A DNA stretch of 64,000 nt from a bacterium (GCA_963674965.2 CAXXFL010000007.1:192001-256000); one strand, 5' to 3'; shown: positions 1-9,745, numbered from the stretch's first letter. The notes: generated by a model from the sequence alone, not told the origin. Numbers and translations are program-made.

Positions 1-1
1 G

Positions 2-3000
2 GGATCGACGCCCGATGAGGGACAGGACCACGACTCCGACCTCCTGACCAACCTCCAGGAATATCAGAACCAGACCGACCCCTGCGAGACGGACACCGAC
101 TCCGACGACATGGACGACTACTTCGAGGTGGTCAACGCCTGTCTCGATCCCCGCGTCGGCGACTCCCTTTTGGACCCGGACTCCGATGGGCTGGCCAACC
201 TGGACGAGATGGACAACTCACTCGATCCCTGCGATCCCGACACCGACTCCGACGGCATGACCGACGGCTGGGAGGTCGAGTACGACGCCTGCCTCGATCC
301 CGCCTCGGGGGACTCCCTCCAAAACCCCGACGGAGATGGGGCCAATAATATCAGCGAGTTCAACAACTCGACCGATCCATGCCTCGACGACGACTCGGAT
401 GGCGACGGCATGACCGACGCCTGGGAAAACTCCTATTCCTGCATGATGGCCAACACCGTCGATACCAACCCCGACTACGACGGCGAGGGACTCGTGAACC
501 ACGACGAGTTCCTCTACTCCACCAACCCCTGCAACGTCGACACCGACTCCGACCAGCTTAACGACCTCATGGAGATATTCGTCTACGGCAGCAACCCCAA
601 CGACGTGGACACCGAGGGCGACGGGCTGATCGACCGCCTCGAGGTACTGACCTACAACTGCGATCCCACCGACGAGGACACCGACGACGACGGGTTGAGC
701 GACGCCTTCGAGGTCGGAGTCGTCGTCGGCGTGGGCTTCAATGGCGCGCTTAACACCGCCGCCGGAAACGACGACGTTATCCACGATCTGGCCGTCTGGC
801 TCGGCGCCGATTTATGGCCCGGCACCACCGCCGCGGGGGACGACCTCCAGGTGATTCCCCGCTTCCTTCCCTACCCGAGGCTGTTCATTACCGATCCCGA
901 CGACCCCGACACCGACGGCGACGGGCACGACGACCTCGCCGAGCTGTCGGCCGGGGCCAACCCGCTCGATCCCGATATCCTGCCCTCCCCTCTCGCCTGG
1001 GGTGGGGACACGGCCGTCAACCTATCCGACTACTTCATGGGAGACGGCCACTCCGTCTCCATCGCCTGGGCCGACGAATTCTACGGGGTGGCCTGGTGCA
1101 GGGACAATTCTTACTCCGGCGTCTGCGACTCCATCGAGTTCGCCGTGAAAAGCCTGCTCGGCGACTCCATCACGCCTCCCTTTACCTTGCCCACCTCCAG
1201 CTTCGCCTCGAGCCCGTCCATCGCCTGGACCGGCTCCGAGTTCGGCGTCGCCTGGTGTGAGGACAGCGACTGGGATTGGGTCTGCGACGGAGTGTACTTC
1301 GGCAGGATCGACCACGAAACCATGGCCATGGTGGGATCGACCCTGCCCATCGCGCCCTCCGACATGGTACCCAGTGAGCACCCCGACCTGGTTTGGACCG
1401 GCTCCGAGTTCGCCGTCACCTGGCATGACTTGGCAGACGATAACGACTGGTCCTGCGACCTGTGGACCGGAAGCACCGACTGCAATTACGAGGTGTATTT
1501 CACCAGAATCAGCGAATCGGGAGAAACCGTCTCCGCCCCCGTGAGAATAACCAACCAGCAGAGCATGAGCCTGTACCCGGACCTCCTGTTTAACCAGGAC
1601 TTGAACGAGTACGCCCTGGCCTGGGAGGACATGAAACTCGACGCCAACGACTGGTGCGAGATGGTGTGGGAATCCTCAGACTGCAACGGGGAGATATTCT
1701 TCACCAGGCTCACCGCCGGTGGGACCGTCATTGGACAGGAACAGAGAATCTCGCGCAGTCCCGGCTACAGCCAACACGCGTCCCTCGCCTGGACCGGGAC
1801 CGAGTACGGCCTCGCCTGGTGCGAGGACGACGAGGGCATGGGAGGAGGATGCGACGACGTTTACTTCTCCAGGATTTCCTCCCAGGGCGCCCCCGTCTCC
1901 GAGATCGTCCAGGTAACCTATAGCGAGGGCAAAACCTTCGCCCCCGACCTCGCCTGGATCGTGGACGGGTTCTGGATCGCCTACAGCGAGGACACCACCG
2001 AGTCATGGTACGGAGACGCCATTTACGTTGACGTGCTCACTCCCGAGGGAGACGAAACGGAATACCATCTCGAGCTTGCCGACGACGGAATGATGGCCTC
2101 GGAGTTTCCCGCCATCGCCGGAAACGACGTGGGAGCGGCCATCGCCTGGGAGGACGCCCGAGACGGCGACGTCGGAATACTTTTCTACCTCGTTAGCCGC
2201 GACGGAGACGGCGATGGACTGCCCGACGTCGTCGAGATGACCATGTGCGCCGATCAATTCAACCATGACACCGACGGCGACGGAATACTGGACGGGATCG
2301 AGGACGCGAACCTTAACGGCGTGGTCGATTCACCCGATGAAACCGATCCGTGCGATCCCGACACCGACGGCGACGGACTTTCCGACGGGATCGAGGACTC
2401 GGACCACGACGGGGTGGTGGACTCGAACGAAACCGATCCCACTCTCGCCGACACCGACGGCGATGGACTCTGCGACGGCTCGACCTCGGCCCCGGGCTGC
2501 GCCGCCGGAGAGGACTTGAACGGAAACGGAGTCGTCGACCAGGGAGAAACCGATCCATGCGACGCGGACTCCGACGGCGACGGAGTTAACGACGGAGATG
2601 AAACGTCCGCCGGGTCCAACCCCCTCGACGAGGACGTCGTCATGGGCTTCTCCGGCAAAGTGGGCGGAGACGTGCGCGTCACCTCCACCGCCGACGACTC
2701 ATGGGCCCCGTCCGTCGCATGGACGGGGTCCGAGTACGGACTGGCCTGGGAGGAGGACGTCGACGACTATTCCGAGATTTTCTTCCTTCGCCTATCGCCA
2801 CTGGGACAAAATATCGGCCTGAAGAAAAGGATCACCACGACTACCGATATCAGCTACAGCCCCAGCATTATGTGGACGGGCTCAGAGTTCGGACTGGCCT
2901 GGACCGACGGCCGCGACGGCAACTTCGAGGTTTATTTCAGCCGGGTCTCGGCCGCGGGAGTCAAAACCCTAGCCGATAAGAGAATCACCTATAACGATAC

Positions 3001-6000
3001 CGACGCCATACAACCGGTACTGGCCTGGACCGGGTCGGAATATGGACTGTCATGGATCGATGGCAACCAGGCCACGCCCATGGCCTGCTTTAGAAGGATC
3101 GCCCTTAATGGCGACACCGTGGCCCCCGAGGAAATTATAAGCTCAGGCGGCTCCGACATGTACTACCCGGACCTTGTCTGGGCCGAGTCCGTCTTCGCCA
3201 TGGCCTGGCAGGAAAACTACGGCGTAAGGTTTACCAGACTCGCCGCCGACGGATCGACCCTCCAGCCTTCATATAGCGTCTACTCCATGAATGGAAACGA
3301 CGGCGACCCGGCCCTCGCCTGGACCGGACAAAATTTCGGGACCGTCTGGGAAAATCGAGGGTCCATGGACGAGGAAATTTATTTCGCCCTGATCGGAGCG
3401 TCCGGCGACACGACAATCGGCTACGAGACCAGGGTCACCAACGCTCCCGAGATCAGCGTCACGCCGGCCATAGCCTGGAACGGATTCGAGTTCGGACTCT
3501 CATGGGAGGACTGGCGGGAAGGATTGAGCGATATTTACTTCACCAGGATCAGCGGCGACGGCGAGGAGATAGACGACGAGTTCTACCTATCAAGCGGAGG
3601 GGCCGACTCACACGACTCGAAAATCGTCTGGACCGGTTCGGAATACGGCGTCTTCTGGGCCGACTATCGGGACGAAAACTTCGAGATTTATTTCGCCAGG
3701 GTCGGGTTCGATTTCGACGGCGACGGCATACCCGATGGACTTGAAAGCCAGTTTTCCACCTCCCCCAACGATTGGGATACCGACGGAGACGGACTGGCGG
3801 ACGGCCTCGAGCTTTGCTACGACGAGGTCTGCCTCGCCTTCTCCTCCACACTCGATCCCAATCCAACCGTGATCGACACCGACGGAGACGGACTCACCGA
3901 TTACGAGGAGGTCATGGTACACTTTTCCAACCCGGCCAAAGCCGACACCGACGACGACGGCATGCCGGACAAGTGGGAAGTTGACAATAACCTAACCCCC
4001 ATCGCGGCCAACGCCAACGGCAATCCCGACAAGGACGGCCTGACCAACATTCAGGAATATCTGGCTGGCTCGAACCCAAATTCCGCCGACACCGACTCCG
4101 ACGGCATGCCCGACGGTTGGGAGGTTATCGATCACCCCTGCATGCATCCGACCGTTGACGACAGAAACATGGATTACGACAGGGACGGAATACTTAACCT
4201 GGACGAGTACAATCAAGGCAGGGACCCATGCGTGGTCGAGACCTTGCCCTCATCAACCTGCTCTTCAACCGTGTCCCTTACCAGCGCCGATACCGTCATG
4301 CTCACGTTTACCTCATCGGACAAGTACGCCGAGGTCAAGCTTAAAGTATCTTTCAATGGAGGGCCCTATCTATCCACTGGCCTTTCCGACTCCGACACCA
4401 CAAAGGGAAGCTTCGTTTATACCTTCAATAAAGGAAACGGAGTCTATCGTTTCCATACCATAGCCTCGCTTTCCCTGGTCCTGATTGAGGAACCTCCCGA
4501 GAGTCCGGACTATGACGCGCAAATAACCCTTGATGGATCGGCTCCCAATTCATACGTCAGTTATGCCCCGGCTTTCGTGCCCGATCATTTATTTTCGGTT
4601 CAATTCGCCTGTAATGACGAAAGCGCAGAGACCCGCCTTTATTACCGCAAGGACGGCGGGGGGTGGATGGACTCGGGTCTGGGGCTGTTGGCGGGGGACT
4701 CGGGGACTTTCAGCTTCACGCCGGCGGGCGAGGGGACTTACGATTTTTATACCATCGCCGGCGACCCGGCGGGGAACATCGAGGACCCGCCCACCTTCCC
4801 CGACAAGGACGCCACCACCGTGGTCGACGACTCGCCGCCCGCCGTTCCGGTCGTGACCGACGACGGGACTTACACGGGTTACACCGACCGCTTCCACGCG
4901 ACGTGGACGTGCGGGGGCGACAGCGTTTCGGGCGTTGTCCAGTATGACTACGCGATCGGTTCGTCGGCGGGGGCGACGGACGTGGTGGGGTGGACGGACA
5001 ACGCGACGCTGACGGAGGTGACCAGGTTCGGGCTCGAGCTCGAGGACGGGTCGAGTTACTTTATCGGGGTGAGGGCGGTTAACGGAGCGGGGCTGATGAG
5101 CGTGGGGTGGTCCGATGGGATACTCGTCGACTCGAGGGGGCCGGAGATCGCCTGGTCGTCGCCGGCGCATCGGGAGATCGTGAACGACGACATGCCGCCC
5201 GTGGATTTGCCGGTCAGTATAAACTTCATCGACCCGGGCGGGGCGGGGATCGACTGGTCGAGCCTCGAGATGGTGCTCGACTTCAGCACCGTGCAGAGCT
5301 TCAGCCAGGACGGGGACACGGTGAGCTTCGACGCGCTGGCCCTCGACCTGGGCAACCACGTGGTGAACGTGCAGGTCGCGGACCTGGCGGGGAACGGTCT
5401 TAACCGGAACGTCATCTTCGTGGTCGAGGACCCGCGGCGGGTGATAATCAATCCGGTATACGTGGAATGGGCCCCGGGCGACGGGGACGTGACCTTCGTG
5501 GCCGACGGCGGCACCGGCGCGTACCGGTGGGCGGCGACTGGCGGGGCGCTCGATTCCTTCACCGGGACCGAGGTTGTCTTCACGCCGGGCCCCGAGGCGG
5601 GGGCCTACGTGGTGGCGGTTTCTGACGCCAAGCTGGTGAGCGCGCAGGCGACGATAATTATTTCTGGCGAGGTCGAGGTGGCCCCGGCGGTGGTCCGCCT
5701 GAGCGCGGGCTCGGCGGCGACCTTCACCGCCTCGGGCGGTAGCGGCGACTTCAGTTGGACGGTCAACGGCGGCTCTTGCGTATTGTCGGGCGACCGTGAT
5801 GAAACGTGTTCGTATACGGCCTTCGAGTCGAGCGGGCAGTACTCGGTGAAGGCGCAGGCGGGCTCGGGCGAGAGCTTCACCAGCCGCGTGATCGTCACCG
5901 ATCCGGTGGGCCGGGCCATCGTGGTGGTGGGCGGCGGCCTGGTGGACTCGAACCGTCAGGTCGAGGCTCTGAACTCCCTTGGCCACCTCGCCTACGAGAC

Positions 6001-9000
6001 CCTTTTGGCTCGCGGCTTCGAGCCGGACCAGATCATGTACCTCAATCCCGACGCGACCCAGGCCTACGACGGCGACGGCGACGGCTACGCCGACGACGTG
6101 GACGGCGCTCCCACCCCGGCCGCTCTGCAGGCGGCCATCCTGGATTGGGCCACCGCCGACCTGGGGGTGGACAACCCGGGCGTGGGTCCGGGCGTGCCTT
6201 TAATAATTTATATGGTCGATCACGGGGGCGACGACTCGTTCCTCATCAACTTCACGGCCGCGGGCGCTGGCCAGGAGGTGACCCCCACCCAGCTCGACTC
6301 GTGGATCGACGCGGTGCAGGGGGGCGACACCTCGAACCCGAACGGGGTAGACGTGGTGGTGATTTACGACGCCTGCCGGTCGGGCAGCTTCCTGGACGAG
6401 GTGGGCGGCGGCGGTTCCGACCGTATCGTGATCACCAGCTCGGCGTCCTCGGAGAGCGCATACTTTGGCGTATCGGGCACGATCAGCTTCAGCCAGTTTT
6501 TCTGGCAGCGGGTCCGGACGGGCGCCACTCTCAAGTCGGCCTTCAACGACGCGGCGGCGGCGCTGGCCACCTGGGCCACGCAGACGCCGTGGCTGGACGA
6601 CAACGGGAGCGGGACTTACGCGGCCACCGGCGACGGCAAGGACGGCGACGCGGCGGACCTTTTCGTGGTGGGCGCGGACTTCGTTACCGGCGCGGTGCTT
6701 CCCGAGCTGACACCTCGCGGCGACGCGCTGCTCGAGGGCGACAGCCTGGATATTTACTCGGGCATACTTTACGCCAGCTCGAGCGAGATATCGGCCATGT
6801 TCGCCATTTTGACGCCGCCTGGCTTCTCACCTCCCCAGTCGGAGGGCAACTTCGACACGCCCTGGCTGGAGGACGAGGAGGGCAATCCCCTGCCTCGCGT
6901 TTACCTCGAGTACTCGAGCGCGACGGACGACTGGCGGCGTCGGCTGGACTCGGCCGAGCTGGCCGAGCTGTTCACGGTCAACGGCCGATATACTGCCACG
7001 TTATACGCGATCGATCTCGAGGGCCGGGTGACGGCGGCGGCGGAGTTCTCGATCACGGTGTTCGGCCCGGACCCTTACGAGGACGACGACTGGTGGAGCT
7101 CCGGCTCGAGCGTCGAGGTTAACTCGAGCTCGGCGCAGGCCCACAACTTCCACGACTCGGGCGACCGTGACTGGGTGAAGTTCTCCGTGGCCTTTGGGGA
7201 CACGGGATATTACTCTGTGTATACGGAGAACCTGGCGGACCGCTGCGACACGGTGATCGAGCTTTACGGCTACTCGGTGGCCGGCTCGACGGTGGTCCCC
7301 ATCGCGTTCGACGACGACTCGGGCCAGGACGGCGGCGGCTCGAGCCGTATTTTCATGTACCTGTCCGAGGGTCTTTATTACGCTGAAGTATATCAATACG
7401 GCGACACCATCGGGGGCCAGGACACGGAGTACGACCTCCGGGTGGACCACGACGAGGGCGACTACGGCTCGGTCGAGGGCTACGTGACGGACTCGGTGAC
7501 GGGCTTCGGGGTGCAGGGCGCGAACGTGATCGTGATCCTTGGCGGTCCTCCCCGCGTGGCCACCACCGGGGCGGGCGGCTATTACAAGCTCTCGAGCCTC
7601 CTGGCCGGCTCTGGATATCCCATGCAGGTGCAGGCGGCGAACTTCACCACCTGGTCGGGGACGGTGAACGTTGGCGTGAACCAGACCACCAGGAAGGACG
7701 TGGTGCTGGCGGCGAAGACCGGCACCTCGGGCGTGCTGATGGGCCACGTTTACGGTCACGGCGGCGCGCCGCTGGTGGGGGTCGGGCTCGAGGTCTCGGG
7801 CAAGTCCGTGGTGAGCGAGGCGGGCGGCCTTTACTCGATCCGTCTTGCTCCCGGAGCGGCCTACGTTTATTCGAGCTGGCCGGGCTACGAGCCGTACCTC
7901 GAGGAGGGGCTAATGGTTGTGGCCGGCGATACCACGGTGCATGAGGTGTCGCTCGAGCCGGTGGACACCGACGGCGACGGCCTTCCGGACTGGATCGAGA
8001 CCTCGGGCTGCACTGACGAGTCCGAGGCGGACTCGGACGGCGACGGCTTATGCGACGGCGATACCGCGGTGTATGACGGCGCGACTCTCGTCTGCTCGGC
8101 GGGCGAGGACCTCGATCTTGACGGCGAGGTCGGGGCCTCGGAGACCGACCCTTGCGACGACGACTCGGACGGCGACCTCCTCGGCGACGGCGACGAGGCG
8201 CTGACTTACGGCACGGACCCGCTCGAGGTTGACACGGACTCGGACGGCCTCGGCGACCGCCTCGAGGCGGTGGTCGTAAGCTGCCTCGATCCGACTGACG
8301 ACGACACGGACGACGACGGCCTTCTGGACGGAACGTCGAGCGGCGAGGACAAGGACGGCGACGGGGTTGTTGACGCGACGGAGACGAGCCCTTGCCTTTT
8401 CGATACGGACACGGATACGCTGGGCGACGGCGCGGAGGTGACGGTATACGGCACGGACCCGCTCGAGGTTGACACGGACTCGGACGGCCTGAGCGACGGG
8501 CTCGAGGTACCCTGGTGCACGTCGCCCACGGACGAGGACAGCGACGGTGACGGGCTTCTGGACGGCACGCCGAGCGGGGAGGACAAGGACGGCGACGGCG
8601 TGGTGGACGCGACCGAGACCAACCCCTGCGCCTTTGACAGCGACTCGGACGGCATCGGCGACGGGCTCGAGCTTGGGACTTACGGCACCAACCCGCTTAG
8701 GCAGGATACTGATTCGGATGGGATCGGCGACTACGTCGAGGCGGTCTCGAGCGCCTGTCTCGACGCTACGGAGGCGGACACCGACGGCGACGGCCTTCTC
8801 GACGGGACCATATTCGGTGAGGACAAGGACGGCGACGGCGTGGTGGACCCGGGCGAGACCAACCCCTGCCTCGAGGACAGCGACGAGGACGGGCTCGGTG
8901 ACGACGAGGAGCCGGGGCTGGGCCTGGATCCCCTCGAGTGGGACACGGACGGCGACGCTCTTCCCGACGGCTACGAGGTGGCGAACTCGAGCGGCCATGC

Positions 9001-9730
9001 CTTGAACCTCGATCCGCTCGACCCGGGCGACGGCTGCGCGTCTGACTTTGACGGCGACGGCAACGCCAACTGCCACGAGTATTACAACGGCACGGACATT
9101 TGGTCGGAGAACGTGACGGGCGGCTCGGCCTGCTTCAGCTGGGCGGACTCGGGGAGCACGGTCAGCGCCGACGGCCTGGTTTCGCCTCTGGACCTCGGCG
9201 CCTTGAACGCCCGCGCGTCGCTGAAGGACGCGTCCTACACGGGCGTGCTCCCACCCAACGGCGACTCGCAGGAACTCGATATGGACGAGATTATCTCGGC
9301 GCTCGACCTGGCGGTCCTGCGCCAGATGGTTGCCAACCTCTCCACCTCCGGCAACCCCAGCCGTCCGGTCGCCCTCGAGGTTTACGGCGACACGGCGGTC
9401 ACGGCCGAGGTGGGAAGCACGGTGCGGATCGAGCTGGGCGCCCTCAACCAGGGCGGCAAGCACACATCGAGCCTGGGGATCATCTTCACCATCGACCCCT
9501 CCTCGACCGCCTCGGCCACCCTCCTCGGCGGCGACGGCGCGGCCTCGAGCGGCCGCTACGACGTGACCGGCCCCATCGCCACCGGCGGCCGCTCCGCCAT
9601 CGTCCTCCTCCCCACCGCCCCCGGCTCCCTCCTCCTCAACGCCCACCTCCCCCCATGCGGCGTTGACGGAAAAGGCCGCTACTGCGAAGAGCTGATCAAA
9701 CAGCCCCTGGTGACGGTGACGGTGGAGTAG
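2..9730 (+). CDS. Giant acidic extracellular multidomain protein (5'-truncated): TSP3-like DxDxDG Ca-binding repeats, WTGSEFG beta-propeller repeats, Ig/Fn3-like domains, peptidase C13/caspase-fold domain, carboxypeptidase-regulatory-like domains, dockerin-like motif
   Basis: ORF 110..9730 (3206 aa). The frame stays open back to position 2 (GSTPDEGQDHDSDLLTNLQEYQNQTDPC), so the true start lies outside the window. Motifs: DTDxDGLxDGxE repeats; WTGSE[F/Y]G repeats; YMVDHGG...YDACRSGSF; DGLVSPLDL...DMDEIISALDL. Confidence 0.85.
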   Translation, partial: GSTPDEGQDHDSDLLTNLQEYQNQTDPCETDTDSDDMDDYFEVVNACLDPRVGDSLLDPDSDGLANLDEMDNSLDPCDPDTDSDGMTDGWEVEYDACLDPASGDSLQNPDGDGANNISEFNNSTDPCLDDDSDGDGMTDAWENSYSCMMANTVDTNPDYDGEGLVNHDEFLYSTNPCNVDTDSDQLNDLMEIFVYGSNPNDVDTEGDGLIDRLEVLTYNCDPTDEDTDDDGLSDAFEVGVVVGVGFNGALNTAAGNDDVIHDLAVWLGADLWPGTTAAGDDLQVIPRFLPYPRLFITDPDDPDTDGDGHDDLAELSAGANPLDPDILPSPLAWGGDTAVNLSDYFMGDGHSVSIAWADEFYGVAWCRDNSYSGVCDSIEFAVKSLLGDSITPPFTLPTSSFASSPSIAWTGSEFGVAWCEDSDWDWVCDGVYFGRIDHETMAMVGSTLPIAPSDMVPSEHPDLVWTGSEFAVTWHDLADDNDWSCDLWTGSTDCNYEVYFTRISESGETVSAPVRITNQQSMSLYPDLLFNQDLNEYALAWEDMKLDANDWCEMVWESSDCNGEIFFTRLTAGGTVIGQEQRISRSPGYSQHASLAWTGTEYGLAWCEDDEGMGGGCDDVYFSRISSQGAPVSEIVQVTYSEGKTFAPDLAWIVDGFWIAYSEDTTESWYGDAIYVDVLTPEGDETEYHLELADDGMMASEFPAIAGNDVGAAIAWEDARDGDVGILFYLVSRDGDGDGLPDVVEMTMCADQFNHDTDGDGILDGIEDANLNGVVDSPDETDPCDPDTDGDGLSDGIEDSDHDGVVDSNETDPTLADTDGDGLCDGSTSAPGCAAGEDLNGNGVVDQGETDPCDADSDGDGVNDGDETSAGSNPLDEDVVMGFSGKVGGDVRVTSTADDSWAPSVAWTGSEYGLAWEEDVDDYSEIFFLRLSPLGQNIGLKKRITTTTDISYSPSIMWTGSEFGLAWTDGRDGNFEVYFSRVSAAGVKTLADKRITYNDTDAIQPVLAWTGSEYGLSWIDGNQATPMACFRRIALNGDTVAPEEIISSGGSDMYYPDLVWAESVFAMAWQENYGVRFTRLAADGSTLQPSYSVYSMNGNDGDPALAWTGQNFGTVWENRGSMDEEIYFALIGASGDTTIGYETRVTNAPEISVTPAIAWNGFEFGLSWEDWREGLSDIYFTRISGDGEEIDDEFYLSSGGADSHDSKIVWTGSEYGVFWADYRDENFEIYFARVGFDFDGDGIPDGLESQFSTSPNDWDTDGDGLADGLELCYDEVCLAFSSTLDPNPTVIDTDGDGLTDYEEVMVHFSNPAKADTDDDGMPDKWEVDNNLTPIAANANGNPDKDGLTNIQEYLAGSNPNSADTDSDGMPDGWEVIDHPCMHPTVDDRNMDYDRDGILNLDEYNQGRDPCVVETLPSSTCSSTVSLTSADTVMLTFTSSDKYAEVKLKVSFNGGPYLSTGLSDSDTTKGSFVYTFNKGNGVYRFHTIASLSLVLIEEPPESPDYDAQITLDGSAPNSYVSYAPAFVPDHLFSVQFACNDESAETRLYYRKDGGGWMDSGLGLLAGDSGTFSFTPAGEGTYDFYTIAGDPAGNIEDPPTFPDKDATTVVDDSPPAVPVVTDDGTYTGYTDRFHATWTCGGDSVSGVVQYDYAIGSSAGATDVVGWTDNATLTEVTRFGLELEDGSSYFIGVRAVNGAGLMSVGWSDGILVDSRGPEIAWSSPAHREIVNDDMPPVDLPVSINFIDPGGAGIDWSSLEMVLDFSTVQSFSQDGDTVSFDALALDLGNHVVNVQVADLAGNGLNRNVIFVVEDPRRVIINPVYVEWAPGDGDVTFVADGGTGAYRWAATGGALDSFTGTEVVFTPGPEAGAYVVAVSDAKLVSAQATIIISGEVEVAPAVVRLSAGSAATFTASGGSGDFSWTVNGGSCVLSGDRDETCSYTAFESSGQYSVKAQAGSGESFTSRVIVTDPVGRAIVVVGGGLVDSNRQVEALNSLGHLAYETLLARGFEPDQIMYLNPDATQAYDGDGDGYADDVDGAPTPAALQAAILDWATADLGVDNPGVGPGVPLIIYMVDHGGDDSFLINFTAAGAGQEVTPTQLDSWIDAVQGGDTSNPNGVDVVVIYDACRSGSFLDEVGGGGSDRIVITSSASSESAYFGVSGTISFSQFFWQRVRTGATLKSAFNDAAAALATWATQTPWLDDNGSGTYAATGDGKDGDAADLFVVGADFVTGAVLPELTPRGDALLEGDSLDIYSGILYASSSEISAMFAILTPPGFSPPQSEGNFDTPWLEDEEGNPLPRVYLEYSSATDDWRRRLDSAELAELFTVNGRYTATLYAIDLEGRVTAAAEFSITVFGPDPYEDDDWWSSGSSVEVNSSSAQAHNFHDSGDRDWVKFSVAFGDTGYYSVYTENLADRCDTVIELYGYSVAGSTVVPIAFDDDSGQDGGGSSRIFMYLSEGLYYAEVYQYGDTIGGQDTEYDLRVDHDEGDYGSVEGYVTDSVTGFGVQGANVIVILGGPPRVATTGAGGYYKLSSLLAGSGYPMQVQAANFTTWSGTVNVGVNQTTRKDVVLAAKTGTSGVLMGHVYGHGGAPLVGVGLEVSGKSVVSEAGGLYSIRLAPGAAYVYSSWPGYEPYLEEGLMVVAGDTTVHEVSLEPVDTDGDGLPDWIETSGCTDESEADSDGDGLCDGDTAVYDGATLVCSAGEDLDLDGEVGASETDPCDDDSDGDLLGDGDEALTYGTDPLEVDTDSDGLGDRLEAVVVSCLDPTDDDTDDDGLLDGTSSGEDKDGDGVVDATETSPCLFDTDTDTLGDGAEVTVYGTDPLEVDTDSDGLSDGLEVPWCTSPTDEDSDGDGLLDGTPSGEDKDGDGVVDATETNPCAFDSDSDGIGDGLELGTYGTNPLRQDTDSDGIGDYVEAVSSACLDATEADTDGDGLLDGTIFGEDKDGDGVVDPGETNPCLEDSDEDGLGDDEEPGLGLDPLEWDTDGDALPDGYEVANSSGHALNLDPLDPGDGCASDFDGDGNANCHEYYNGTDIWSENVTGGSACFSWADSGSTVSADGLVSPLDLGALNARASLKDASYTGVLPPNGDSQELDMDEIISALDLAVLRQMVANLSTSGNPSRPVALEVYGDTAVTAEVGSTVRIELGALNQGGKHTSSLGIIFTIDPSSTASATLLGGDGAASSGRYDVTGPIATGGRSAIVLLPTAPGSLLLNAHLPPCGVDGKGRYCEELIKQPLVTVTVE
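8150..8960 (+). repeat. Three ~234-240 bp (about 80 aa) tandem coding repeats inside the giant gene
   Basis: GGCACGGACCCGCTCGAGGTTGACACGGACTCGGACGGCCT is identical at 8210 and 8450; GAGGACAAGGACGGCGACGG recurs at about 8345, 8579 and 8819. Confidence 0.85.
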
Positions 9731-9745
9731 AGGAGAATTATTTTT

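Noticed and set aside
1-9100. Recurrent GACACCGACGGCGACGG-like repeats as a possible CRISPR array or DGR template
   Set aside because: They are in-frame DTDGDG coding repeats with synonymous variation and irregular spacing; no cas or reverse transcriptase gene, and no adenine-specific TR/VR pair.
4589-9646. Long alternative ORFs within the giant gene (4589..5986 -, 5806..7122 +, 7001..7759 -, 8048..9646 -)
   Set aside because: Arg/Gly/Val-rich shadow frames typical of GC-rich repetitive coding DNA.
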